A DNA stretch of 64,000 nucleotides from NCBI GenBank assembly GCA_043228905.1, contig JBHGNT010000012.1, positions 17,980,001-18,044,000 of the forward strand, written 5' to 3'. This document shows, piece by piece, positions 23,980 to 36,970 of this stretch. Source of the stretch: Azolla caroliniana (taxonomy: Eukaryota; Plantae; Polypodiophyta). Below the pieces are notes generated by a model. That model ran no database searches, had not been told where the DNA came from, and saw only the letters and a list, made by a program, of their open reading frames with translations. Each line of letters begins with the position of its first letter. Position 1 is the stretch's first letter. Made by a program: the position numbers and the translations under genes.

Positions 23980-26900
23980 ACGATATATTAACGTCTTTTA
24001 AGAGGCCAAAATGGCCTATAAGACCAAATAAGAGATTACATCTTAAGTATTGTCTCGCCTTTGAGAACAAATCAAAATAAAATAAATATCACACAGTAAA
24101 TATAAAAGTAAATAACATGAAAAGAAAAATAATGAGGGAATCTAGTTTTTGGCACATGTGAGATCCTCAAGTTAGGTATAGTGTAGCTTTTGTCTTCGAA
24201 AGATCTCTAGCATAGGTCAATCCAGAATGGAAATGTCTCCGAAGCGAGGGAAGCACCTACGATGGCGGGAGATAATGGCTTTTATCTGTCGATGACAAGG
24301 GTGTTGAGGTTGTGGTCCATGGGGCCGAGGCCTACGTGCACGGCAAATTGCCATTGCCCGATCAATTGTAACCCCTTTGTTATGTCCTGGTCTGAAGCCC
24401 ATTGTGTATCCCAGGGTTGACTTCTAGCATTAGGAGTGATGGGGCTAAAGAAAGTTGTGATTGTTCTTTGTGGACGAGCTTGTGTGGCTGTATTCTTCAA
24501 CAACTTTTCCCGATGTCTCTTGAGCTCTAGCAAGAAAAGCCCTAGGCATCATTGGTTCTCATATTCCATTACCTTGCGTAGTGGGCCAAAGCCTTGTTTA
24601 AAGAGGCAATGGTATCTCCCTCTGATTTCATAAAAGACACTACAATGACAAACATAGTGTTCTTCAGATTCCACTCCTTGATGACACAATTGGAAAATTC
24701 TCTCTTCTAGAGGTAGTCGTGTATATCTGGCCTACCTCAATCTGTAGCTGATGTGATGAAGTTCGCAGCTGCCCTATCACACTACGCAACGCATAGGATA
24801 GATGTATGTCCATATAAGGTGGCCTGATGACAAATCCATCCTCCGATGTATGTAAGAAGTGTGTCTTATAGTGGGCCATCTTTGTACCAAGTGGTATTTT
24901 GGGGCTGATCCATGTTATCTTGTTTTCCAAGTTAATAATATCAGTTCGGATCACTCTATTCTTTTCCACTTTGGTCATATTTAGATGGGGACAGTCCAAG
25001 CTATATTGGAACGGGGGTAGTGCATTTATACTCATGCCATGTGACTCGAACCATTGCTGCATTTAAGCATACCAACAATGAGTGTCTCCATTTTGAGCCA
25101 GTTGTTTTGATGACATAAGTGCCAACCTTGGGTACCTTCGTTTAGGGAGCTCCCAAAAATGTTGGATAAATGTCACTGATCGGAACAACGCCTTTGTTAT
25201 TATAGGTGCTGCTCCCATCTATGCCCGGATTATATCGTGGGGCACCGATGCTTTGCTCCTTATCATGCGAGCAATCATTGACACTAAAGGTCTCTCTAAA
25301 TCTTTCCAATGATTTGCCTTGTTAAGACTCGGTCCCCATGTCTCTACTCCATAGAGAAGAGTTGGTGTGACAAGTGTATCAAATAACCATAGCTTAGTCC
25401 GTGGCTCTTGGAACTGCAAATGTGCACATTGTCTCTCGAGAGCAGCAAGGGTTGCATATGCACGAGAAAGTCGGGCACAAGCGGCCTCCTGTAAGGAGAA
25501 CCGAGGTCCTATAAATGTTACTTCTAGGTATATGTAGGAGCGTGTGTATTCCACCTTTTCCTCTCCCAAGAAGAATTCTGGTTTTGATCTTGTTACCCAT
25601 GCTTGGGTGGTGTTAAACACCATCACTTTAGTTTTATTCATGTTGATTGACAAATCTTTGTCCGTACAAAATAGTTTTAAGGCATTTAGATGTCTTTGTA
25701 GTCCCTCCGGAGAGTCAGAAATCAGCACAATATCATCAGCATATAGTAATATTTGTATAGCTATACTTGCTAGGTGTGCTCCGGAACCCCCAAATCTCTC
25801 TATATACTGTGATACCTCATCTATATAGATACCGAAGAGTGTGGGGGATAGTGGGCATCCTTGCTTCACGCCAATTGGGCTAGCCACTGCCTTTGACAAG
25901 CCCTTAGAAGACCGCACTTTTCCTGACATAGATTCATAGAGTGCATAGATTCCCCATTGCATATCTATAGGAACACCAAGGGCTTCTAGCCGCTGCAAAA
26001 GCTGAGCATGTGGGACAATGTCAAAGGCTTTTCGGAAATCCACAAAGCAGCAATAAATCCTCTTATTGTGGGCTTTGCCCTCCTCAATAATGTGATCCAA
26101 AGTTGTGAAACCCTTTCGAAAGCCTGCTTGTCCAATTGAACGGCAACCATTTTGCTCTGCCCATATACTCAATTCTGATTCTAGAATCGAGCTATATAGT
26201 TTAGCCAAGTAATGGCCAATCATGATTGTCCTATAGTTGCTTGGCATCATGGGGTCTCCACTCTTGAGAATTGTCACAATGGTATGTTGAGTCCATCTAG
26301 TAGGAAAACCTTCACACATGGCTCTATTAAAGATGTGTGCTAGCAATGGGAGCAAGGTGTCATAGGCATAGATAAAGTGCTCACCCACCAATCCATCATG
26401 ATCTTGGGCCTTCCCAAATTGTAGCCGATCAATGACATTTCTTACATTTTGTGGTGTAAAGAAGGTTGATTCATGTGGGCGTGAGGCATTCGGGTGGGGT
26501 AGAGGAGGTTGCCCCGGGATATCATATAGAACCTTTGCATATTCCTGCCACACTTGAGGTGAGGTCAGTTGTGTGGTGGGTTGCCTCTCATTAAACATTT
26601 TCCATGCTCTTTTACGCTCTTGTCCTAGAAACAAGTAATACAAATGATCTTCAAATTTAGCCAAATACAATCTCTTCTTCTTCCTCACGAGGCGTTGGAA
26701 GGTTGCTCTCGCGTGGTTGTGTATAAATGCCCCGAGTTACATCACGTTGCAAGCATCTCCTTGTATCACGACATTCCTCATCATACCAACTATTTTGTAT
26801 TACTCTACCGAGTTTGGGGGGATTGGCCGTTGTGTGAAGGAAGGCATTTGTGGCTGCTTTATGCAATGATTTGGATAAACCTTGGGTAAGTTCTTCAAGG

Positions 26901-29900
26901 GGTGCGAAAGGATCCAAATCTAGCATGCCATTGTATACACCACAACTATACACATCAATTGTCTCACGAGTGAATAGATACTCAGCCAGCCCACTCTCCT
27001 TAGCATATACATCCTTTGTGCATCCATCCTTTACCTCAAAGCGTAGATATGCATGATCAGCTGCCAAGCCAATTGGTCTTCCCGATATAGTGAACACTTT
27101 TATTTCAGGTATAAGAAATGGAGATCCCATTAGATAATCAACTGTGCTTGCACCCCCTTTTGGGTTCCAACATGTCAAAGCATCTGATCTAGGCCATTGT
27201 GACAAGCCATTATATATCACAAATCCATGCGCACTTCCCAAGGCTAGAAAGTATTTTCCATATTTAGTTATAGCACTCATATCTTGAACTTGTCGCTTTA
27301 GACCAACCTCTTCTGCCATAACTTATCCATAAACAGCCTCGTTGGTGTTAAACATATTTGTTTGTTCATCCTTGGTTTGTGCATTAAAATCTCCTAATAG
27401 TATTATGTCCCCCAAAGTAGCAAATCTTATGATATCATCATATAGTCAAACTTGCACCTTTTCCTTCTTGGATTCTTGCTAATCACTGTTCTCCTCTGTA
27501 GTGGTTATCTGACCTTGTGCTATGCACATCTATGACTTTTATTGTACTTAGCGATGGCTCTTTAATAAAGAGTGAGGTTGAGTGTGGTGAATCTAATTTT
27601 ACTACTCTCTGAATTTATCGAATGTGTCACTGTGTTTGCAGAATGTGCTGGGTTATCGAGTATACCAGAAGGTGATTGGTATTGTCCATCTTGTGAAGGC
27701 AAGGGTGAACATCCAAAGCGAAAGAGCACACGATCATCTGGACACCTCTTTGCTGCATCTGTTAATGAGAAACAATCAGATCGATGTCAAAGAATTGTTA
27801 AAGTTTCGAAAAATGCAATAGGAGGCTGTGTGATCTGCAAGTAATAGGCTGCAGGAATGAGTGGCTAATTCAAATTTTACGTTTCTATAAGGACCTTGAT
27901 TTATGTGGTTTGTTGTATTATATGTGCAGGAATGGCGATTTTTTAAAGTCTGGTTTTGGTGAAAAGACTGTGTTGTTGTGTGATCAAGTAAAGTCTATAA
28001 TCATCTAGAAGTTTGGTGCTTTTTTAAACTTTTGAAGAAGGCCCTAAATGTAGTACTTCTTCTGTGTATATGCCTGCAGTGTGAGAGAGAGTATCATGTT
28101 GGATGCATGAAGGAAGAAGGTATAGCAGACCTCAAGGTATTCAAAGTGTAATTGCTACCATGTTGATGAATAGAAGTTGGAAATTTGTGATTTTGCATCT
28201 TAAATCAGTGTAGAACTCTCTATTAGATTTGCTCAAAGGGTTTTGTATTTGTAGGAGCTACCAGCAGGCGAGTGGTTTTGTGGTTTGGATTGTACACGTA
28301 TACATAAGACCCTTCAAGAACTAGTTGTAAATGGACCTCAACCTATACATCGGAGCATTTTTGACATGCTTAAGAAGAAGCGTGATCAAGAAAGCAGTGA
28401 AGAGTTGAAGTTTCTAGATTCAGAGTTTTCATGGCAGTTGCTTCATGGTAGAAGAGGTGACCCTGAGAATGGAAGAATCTTGTCTAATGCCGCAACAATC
28501 TTAATGGTAACAAAACAGTTTTTCGAGCATTTTGAAAAATAACATCTGCATGAATATTCATTCTGACATTCAGTGTTTCTGTCATTGCAGGAAAGCTTTG
28601 ATCCAATTATCGATGCAGCTTCAGGGCGAGATCTTATTTCCCTTATGGTTCATAGGTAAAATTTGAACTCTTAAGTAATTCCATAGGAATCCTCAATCCT
28701 TATATTCTAGGTTGATGTATATTTCTTTGATATGTTTTAGCCACAATATATGATGTGATGCAAACTATGGAATCGCTTTTATCACATGAATGGGTTATTT
28801 AGTGGGTTTGCCCATTCTTCTTGCTATTATCTTATGTGTTTTTGTTCAACTTGTTGTCGGCAGTCGAAGCATCCGGGATCAGGATTTCCGGGGTGTATAT
28901 TGTGCTGTCCTTAAGTGGAAGTATGTCGTGTTCCGTTGAAATTGATAATGCCTAGCTGTCTATGCTTGTTACACTCAAGAGATTTAAAACTCAAGATTGT
29001 GCAATTTCTTATCAGGGAAGCAGTTGTATCAACCGCAATAATTCGAATATTTGGACGACATTTTGCAGAACTTCCTTTAGTGGCAACCAACACTGCCAAC
29101 CGTGGACAGGTAAACCCGTGTACCAAAAAAACTTTTTTTTTGTTTTTAGTCCTTTATATATTTACATTGAATTTTATCAAGAAATGAAACGAATAGCTAT
29201 GGTGGAAAAACAGTGGTTCGTTTTATTATTATTATAAATAATTATTCTCTTATGCCTTAGAACTGATGAATTATATTGTGAGCTTTGTAGCATCATAAAC
29301 AGACATTCCGGCTAAGACTGCCCCGCCGGGAGAATTCACTTTTTGCACCTAAGAAAATGACATTTATCCAATAGGTTGATGACAATTTTCAATCGATGTA
29401 TGCTACGAAGGAAGAGAAAGAAAGAAAGAACTTTTGACTGTCTTCCAAATAGTTGATGAAGTAAAAGTTTTTCTTATCAGCATTCAATGACAATCTTGTA
29501 ATGTATTTAGGTTGCAAATTTGTGGTAACAATTATGAAATCAGAATTTAAACATAGAGTATGCCAATGGTAATGTGGACATTATGATAAAAATAATCTCA
29601 AAACATTCACAACATTACTTTTTTTTGCATAAATTTGTTGTTTAATTGACAACTGGAAGATGGAAATATGCATTGGTAATAGAAGAAGATGAGATAACAT
29701 GAGTATATTGTGTTTGTGAGGATCAATGCTGAAATTTTCTCCCTTCTGACTTTTTTTCAATTTCATAGGTTATTAATAGACCATTAATATAACAATGATA
29801 TCTTATTCCCATCTTCGCGTAGGGATTTTTCCAAGTGTTGATGTTAAACATAGAGAGGCTTCTTGGTATACTACAAGTGGAGCACCTTCTCCTTCCTGCC

Positions 29901-30176
29901 GCAGAGGAGGCAGAATCAATCTGGATAAATAAATTTGGTTTCTCAAAGATTAATAATGATGAACAGGTTTTTACATTGTTCTTCTTCTACTGTTTCTTTT
30001 CCATAAATTAGAATTTCGAAGCTAAAAATATTAAATATTAATCCAGAAACTCTTTTGAACATGTGTACTATTTGTGTTTGTTACAGTTGCAGCAATTTGC
30101 CTCTCAGGTGCAGATTATGATTTTCCAAGGTTCTTCCATGCTGCTTAAATCCATTAGACCAGACTACTCTTCTTGA
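18510..30176 (+). CDS. Tify/Jas-like + double PHD finger + GNAT acetyltransferase protein (IDM1-family, acyl-CoA N-acyltransferase with PHD fingers)
   Basis: Exons: 18510-20492, 20574-20642, 20734-20926, 21027-21191, 21295-21364, 21444-21525, 21610-21669, 21760-21812, 21895-22076, 27642-27840, 27930-27987, 28080-28136, 28255-28506, 28591-28655, 28864-28920, 29016-29109, 29823-29966, 30087-30176 (TGA). Motifs: two GIxCxCC...FExHAG (Tify-like) modules; PHD1 CAECGDGGDLVLCDACPRAYH..C..IPEGDWYC; PHD2 C..C..CDQCEREYHVGC..WFC; GNAT AELPLVAT..RGQG..LLLPAAEEAESIWINKFGF. Confidence 0.93.
22518..22803 (-). mobile_element. Short, internally deleted copy of the 3' end of the RTE-like LINE
   Basis: Matches 23975-24057 joined to ~24305-24498 and ends in a short (TTTC) tail. 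Confidence 0.75.
22804..23935 (-). mobile_element. Truncated copia element: 3' part of the 5' LTR, PBS and degenerate gag
   Basis: LTR boundary (CA on the minus strand) at 23879; PBS TGGTATCAGGGC at 23867-23878; gag N-terminus KLDKNNFASWEYKMHQYLVGQGYW; zinc knuckle CGYCGKFGHYEAEC. Confidence 0.85.
23936..27445 (-). mobile_element. 5'-truncated RTE/RTEX-like non-LTR retrotransposon with a (TTTC)n 3' tail
   Basis: Endonuclease motif GDIILLGDFNA (~27380-27415); RT motifs GQAGFR, FVDFRKAFD, GVKQGCPLSPTLF and LLYADD in ORF 25219-26688; C-terminal QLRTSSHQLQIEVG; microsatellite tail at 23936-23980. Clade assignment is from motif style only. Confidence 0.88.
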
Positions 30177-30569
30177 AACCATTTCATTGGCAGATAAGAG
30201 GTCGACTTCTCCTTTACCTGCAGGCCATATTTTTTTCAATTACAAAGAATTCTTCTTTTGAGTTATTATGTATGATATATATACAGATTTGTGTGCATAT
30301 CAGAATACTATAATGAATATTATTGAGATAAACAAGCCTCATTAAAAGTAATGTTGTAAGTCGTACGATATGGTAGATCTACAATGCTCAACAATAGGTA
30401 GTGTATTTATAGTGTTTGAAGATGCATATTATTTGATACAATAGCTATGAGGGAAATCACTAAATTAAACCATTAGAATATCTGAAAAGTAAGATTCATT
30501 AGATAATGTTAGTAATAGCACAATACTACACTCCAGAAAGTAGATGTAAATTTAAACAGTTCAAAATCA

Positions 30570-30812
30570 TACTAGGGTATCCCAAAATCCTAGAATTTCA
30601 ATAGTTATGTTCATCATCTAATGAATGAGTGGACATTATAACATCATCACCATCATAATCCTCCTCGATGTCTGTAGTAACAATCTTTTAATCTGGCCAT
30701 TATCATCTATAAAGAGTGGTATATTGGTCAAGATTGTCCATCCATGAGCAATCTATGGGAAGGAATGCATCATGGTTCAAGTCATATGCCAAGGGGGCCC
30801 TTTTCATCCAAA
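30570..30812 (+). repeat. Dispersed repeat; inverted copy at 35480-35792
   Basis: Blocks such as CCTAGAATTTCAATAG, AAAGAGTGGTATATTGGTCAAGA and GTCATATGCCA...TTTTCATCCAA appear reverse-complemented at 35480-35792. Confidence 0.75.
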
Positions 30813-31559
30813 CACTTCTTCCCAAAAATATTTAAAAGCTGTTTCTTTTCTTGGGCTACAAGGACTTCATACGTCTTGAGTTGTAACTTTGTCAAACTTC
30901 AATCCAAAGAATCCTCATTTAGACATTTTTTACCCCTCTGCGTTTTCTGCAATGTCTGGCTAATCACAGTGTCCTCTGGTTATCTGAAATGTCTGCCTAA
31001 TATCTGTGTCTTCTGCCTTTTCTGTAATATCTGATCCTCTGGTTAATACCATTCTTCACTCTCAACTGGTTGGAATACTCAGATTTGTTAATGTTCCGCG
31101 GGGTGCTCTCCTTAGCCAGGATCAAACTCTCCATGAGATTCGTAGTTGCATCACTTATTGCTTCTTCCTACGTGAATGAAGATGATTTGGAATTCGGGCG
31201 AGCAGTGTTGCTTGCAAGATCTCTGGGTTTTTGCCGCCCACGTCCTGGAACTTCTTTGTGATTTCCCCGCAATCAAGCAAGCTCGCAAGTAAGCAAGCAA
31301 ACTCAGGATTTGTTTCCTGGCATTTGATCTGTCCTTGGAAGGCAAACCTTATAAATCATATTTCCAATTCTTAGGCAATGCATAAAAATCGGCATTGCTA
31401 GTAACCCTAGGGTTTCCAGGAGTTTCCTGCAATCTCTGATCCTCTGCATTTTCTGTAATGTCTGACTAATCTCTGTGTCCTCTTTGCCAAATCTCTATGT
31501 TCCTGGTTTCACTCTATTCCCTTTTCCCCTTGCATGTCTCTGGCCATAGGGTACCCGTT

Positions 31560-33384
31560 GTCCTAACTATAGGAGACTATGGATTCTGAATGGATAGCTA
31601 ATGAAGGTATGGATCTCAATACCTACAAAGATGGTCCAGATCCATGGAAGACCCCAAGAAGATACTATAGAAGAAAAAGTGACCAGATGAAGCACCCCGA
31701 GTAGCACCAGAAGGTGGCACAAGGCACCTAAAATGCAGGTTCCATTTGATGTCGAAGAGGGGAAACATGATCTATTAAGCCATTTGATTAGGCAAGAGAT
31801 CAATCTTATAAGAGATAATATAGAAAGAACATTAAGAGAGGAAATGAAAAAGGAGATAGAGAAATAAAAAACAGAGCTGTGTGCCTCTCTCAAGATTGAG
31901 TTATTAGAAGAGATAAGAAAAGACATCACTAGCCTTATCAAGAAATCAAACTTGCTCAAGGATGATAGGGTGCAATACCTTAAGGATGAAATATCCTCAA
32001 ATAATGGCATGCTAGATTCTGATCCTTTCGAACCCCTAGATGAAGTCACAAGGATTGTCAAAGTCATTGCATAAAGCAGCTACAAATGCCTTTCCCCACT
32101 ATGGGCAATTCCCGCAAACTTGGTAGTCATACAAAATAATTGGTATGATGAGGAATCTCGTGATACAAGGAGATGCTTGTAGCGCGAAGTAACTCGGGGT
32201 ATTTGTACACACAATAAGCAAGAACAACCTTCCAATGCTTTGTAAGGAAGAAGAAGAGATTGTTTGGTAAATTTGAAAATCATTTGTATTGCTTGTTTCT
32301 AGGACAAGAAAGTAGAAGAGCATGGAAAATGTTTAATGAGAGGTAACCTCTCACACAACTGACCTCGTCTTAGGTGTGGTACGAATATTCCGAGGTACTA
32401 TTTGATATCTTGGGGCAACTCCACTTCCCCACCCACATGCTCATGCCCACATGAATCTACCTTTTTTACTTCACAAAATATAAGAAATGCCATTGATCAG
32501 TTACAATTTGGGAAGGCTCAGGATCATGATGAATTGTATAGTGAGCACTTTATCTATGTCCATGACATCTTGCTCCCATTTGCTAGCACACATCTTTAAT
32601 AGAGCGAGGTGTGAAGGTTTCCCTACCACATAGACAGAACATATCATTGTGCCAATCCTTGAGTGGAGACCCCATGATGCCAAGGAACTATAGGACAATC
32701 TTGGCCACTACTTGGCTAAACTACATGGCTGGATCCTAGAGTCAGAATTGAGTATATGGGCAGAGCAAAATCACTGCCATTTAGCTGGACAGGCAGGCTT
32801 CTGGAAGGGGTTTGTGACTTTGGATCACATATTGACCCTCAGAGCCCTTATCGAGAAGGGTAGAAAGCCCATAATAAGAGGATTTATTGCTGCTTTGTGG
32901 ATTTCAGAAAAGCCTTTGATACTGTGAGGTGTGTTGGCTTATGCAACAGCTAGAAGCCCTTCGTGTCCCTATAGATATGCAATAGGGAATCTCTGCACTG
33001 TTTGAATCCATGTCATGAAAACTGTGGTATCCTAATGGTTTGTTAGAGGCTATTGCTAGAACAATTGGGGTAAAACAAGGATGCCCACTAGCACCTAGTC
33101 TCTTCAGTCTCTACAGAGATGAGGTATCGCATTACATAGAGAGGTTCAGGGGTTCGGGAACATGCCTAGTGAGTATAGACATACAAATATTACTATATGC
33201 TGGTGATATTGTGCTGATTTCTAACTCTCCAAAGGGACTATAAAGCCATTTAATCTCCCTAAAGGTATTTTGTATGAACAAAGTTTCATTGATAAACATG
33301 GATAAAACTAAAGTGATGATGTTTAACACCACTCAAGCATGGCTAACAAGATCAGAACCAGAATTCTTGGGAGAGGAAAAGGTG

Positions 33385-33422
<38 letters not shown>

Positions 33423-33590
33423 CTATGCATACCTAGGAGTAACATTTACAGGGCTCAGGTTCTCCTCACCGGAGACTCTTGTGCTTGATGTCCTCGTGGA
33501 TATGCAGCCCTTGGTGCTCTTAAAAGGCAATGTGCACATTTGTAGTTCCAAGAGCCACCAACTAAACTCTAGCTATTTGATACACTAGAC
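31560..33590 (+). mobile_element. Second, more decayed copy of the same RTE-like LINE family
   Basis: 31990-33590 is collinear with the reverse complement of ~25380-26930 (HESTFFT..N.RN.ID.LQFGKAQDHD, GQAGF, GVKQGCPL, LLYAGD). 31560-31980 may be an upstream (ORF1-like) remnant. Confidence 0.85.
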
Positions 33591-35049
33591 ATAGAGCCAC
33601 TTGAGAACAATCTGTATGCAATCAAATCTGGTTCAAAAGTATGAAATTTCATATGCTTGTTTTGGAAGTTTTTTCAGTCTCCATAGCAACTTTATTACAT
33701 CTTTCACCCGTATAAAAGATTCCCATGTCCATACAGTCTTAGGAAACTCTGCTTTCATTAATCCTCCTATGGATACACAATTCAAGGCATTGTTTGTCAC
33801 TGATTGCACCACAGTTTGTGGTCTAACCTATCTGGACCATGTAAATTTGTTTTTTCTATGTTATAAAACTGTAGCATACATGCTACAAGATGTAACTTGG
33901 TTGCACGAGAGTAGCCGGTGCAACAAACTGTAAGTTTATACTATACAAAAGGGGTTGTCTTGGTTAAGGGAGGTTACCATATGGGAAACTCACTGATTAT
34001 GTATCATCATCATGTAGAGGAGCTTATTAATGATTTTAGATCAGAAACAAAAAGTATAGCTTTATGAGGAAAAGTTGACATACTAAGTCATAGAATACCT
34101 TATATGGTTAGGTGTTGCAAACATTCATTTTGTTTGTGTTGAATTGTAACTTATGTAACAAGACAATTGTGGTTAGAGATTTTCCTAAGAAATTTATACC
34201 ATGTTTTGATACCAATGTATCCAATGGTTTCAGACCACCTCTAGAAGAATCTTCATCTTTCATACTAAAATATAGATATTGCCTTTTGATACATACTAAA
34301 ATATTTTGCTCTTCATCTTTCAGAGCTCAAGGGTGATGGATGAAGGGCTTCATTAATTTATTTGGATATATGGCTTCATAGTTTCAACGGATTGAGAGCT
34401 ACATTGTTTGTTAATGTTACTATTATCAGACATTCTGTCCATATTCTAAAGGAAAACTCGATATATCTGAGAATGTATGGATTTTATTCTTCTTTCCTGA
34501 GGTGTTATAAGCACATAAAGAGCATCAAATTAGCAATGGTGTACTAGGCCTATATGCTAATGTAATGGATTTTACATGCTTTCAAGATGTAATTCATATC
34601 CTATATAAATTTTCTTTATAATGTTATGTGAATAGAGCTACTACATATTGCAATATCTGATGTATATTTGGAATCAAACATTCAATCATTCAAGTTGAGG
34701 CTATGTTTTGGTCACCCTTCATTAGGGCCAAGAATCTTAATATTTTAAATAATGCCACTCATTGTTTTATGTGATGCGTTGATGACTATCACCATTCATA
34801 TGCTGTTTCTCTTTCATATCCTCATTTCTGTTATTTACTTTTTCCTGTCACATCCGTTCTTAAAAGTTTTTTTTGCTGTGATAACCTTTTCTGTACATAT
34901 TTAGAGTTTTGTTTGTAGATGATATTGCTGTGACACTTTTCAGAACTTACCATTGGTTGCTCCTAGAAACAAAAGACATACACAAGGCTTGTTTTTCATG
35001 ACATTAATAATGCCTTCAATATTTGCAATGGTAGTAATAATGTGAGTAC

Positions 35050-36510
35050 CGTTCTCATTTGTTGTTAATGAGTACTTCAGTTCGATAATTATTGTCATCA
35101 TTAAGATAATCATTTCTTTTGAAAGTGTTCAACAAAGTTGGTGATTCATGTTATTTTAAACAATTTCTTTTTCGAAGCCTAATAAATATAGCCAATATGG
35201 CTATGACTAATTAACAATTAAAATAGCAATAAAGGGGAGATTGCTTCTTAGTTTGGTGAAATGAAGTCCAAATTTTGCAAGGGAAATGTGACAATGTCCA
35301 AAACGAATAGAGGAAGAGGCCATTGAACCCTAACAATCTATTTTGGGGATGTTGACAAAAATGTAGCAAATAAGTGAATTGTTGCATAAGAAAAGAAACA
35401 ACTTTTAAAGTTGAGGCATGTGAAGTTCTTGTAGCTCAAGAAAAGAAACAACTTTTAAATCTTTTTTAGAAGAGGTGTCATTGGATGAAAAGGCCCCCCT
35501 GGCATATGACTTGGACCATCTTGACCAATATACCACTCTTTAGAATTGATAATGGCCATATCGAAAAGACTGCCACCAAAAGAGGGGATTCACAAGGCTC
35601 TCTTCCTAATGAATAATTATGCAAAATCCTAACCACCCCTTTGGTTATTGTATTAATGATATAGAGAAGGTGATTTTTTGTTTTACTATAAACATTGGAT
35701 GATTTTGATGGTGATGATGTTATTATGTTCAGTCATTGATGGGACGATAAACATAGCTATTGAAATTCTAGGGTTTTGGGATACTCCACTAGATTTTGGA
35801 TAGTTTAAATGCTAGTAGTAATGTGAAAGAAATGGTTATAATGGAATGAAATGAATCCATTCTGGTAGCTGGCAAGTATGGTATACTCCAAATTCTTAGT
35901 TGGCATTGCATAGTTGATGAATACAAACATAGTTTACCTATGATAGGACAAAAATAGGTTTCTCAAGTATATTGACTTGGCATTGCATAGTTGATGAATG
36001 TAATGACAAGAGTCGGTCTAGGAAAGGACACATATACTTCTCTTAAAATTTAAATCACCAATAACACAACGACAAATTAGAATGTACACTAGTGGCTCAA
36101 GCACATGCAATTCATATAGGCACTCAATCAATATACGAGATATGTGAATTGGTTAAGGGAGAAATCTTCAATTTCAATGAGAGAGAAGGATCATTCTCAT
36201 TTGTTGTTAATGAGTACTTCAATTCCACGACTATGGTCATCATTAAGACAATCTTTTCTTTTTGAAAGTGTTTAATAAAGTTGGTGATTCATGTCCTAAT
36301 GGTTATTTTGAGGAATTTCTTTTTCACGAACCTAATATATACAACCAATATGGCAATGACTAGTACATATCTTGGTGAATTGAAGTCCAATTTTTGCAAT
36401 TTACATGGCAAATGTGACAATTTCCAAAACAAATCCAGGAAGAGGCTATTGAACCCCAACAATATATTTGGGGATGTTGAAAAAAATGTAGTGAATAAGT
36501 GAATTGTGGC
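35050..36510. repeat. Cluster of dispersed or duplicated repeat fragments of unknown class
   Basis: 35050-35390 matches 36190-36510 (direct). 35810-36220 matches 55940-56350 (direct). 35480-35792 is an inverted match to 30570-30812. Confidence 0.75.
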
Positions 36511-36970
36511 ACCTAGGGCAATCTAGTTGACAATACCATATATATGCACCCAAAAAGCCCTATTTGGAAATTAGTGATCCAAACAAAAAACCTCACAAAT
36601 TAGAAATTTTGCAAACAAATGAAATGAATTCACCTAGGACACATGAACCCAACCAACAAAATTGTCGTGTAAGTTGTTTCCAAGGGAGTTAGTGGTGTGA
36701 TGCTACGACGTATGTGTGCACAACCATAAGACCTTTTAGTGGGCTACGATTAATACTCACTCACACATTAGAAGGGTGGGCAACATCTACCCATGTAGAC
36801 TTGATCTATGTGTATGAACCAATACATAACTAGCGACTGGCTACAGGTTGAGTGGTTGGGTGATTTCACACGTCTCCTACTAGAGCCTCATGTGAGATAA
36901 GGTCCTCATTATGATTTATGTGTCCAATCTTCATTTGTTTGCCATCATCAAAGGAGCATCAATCTTGATT

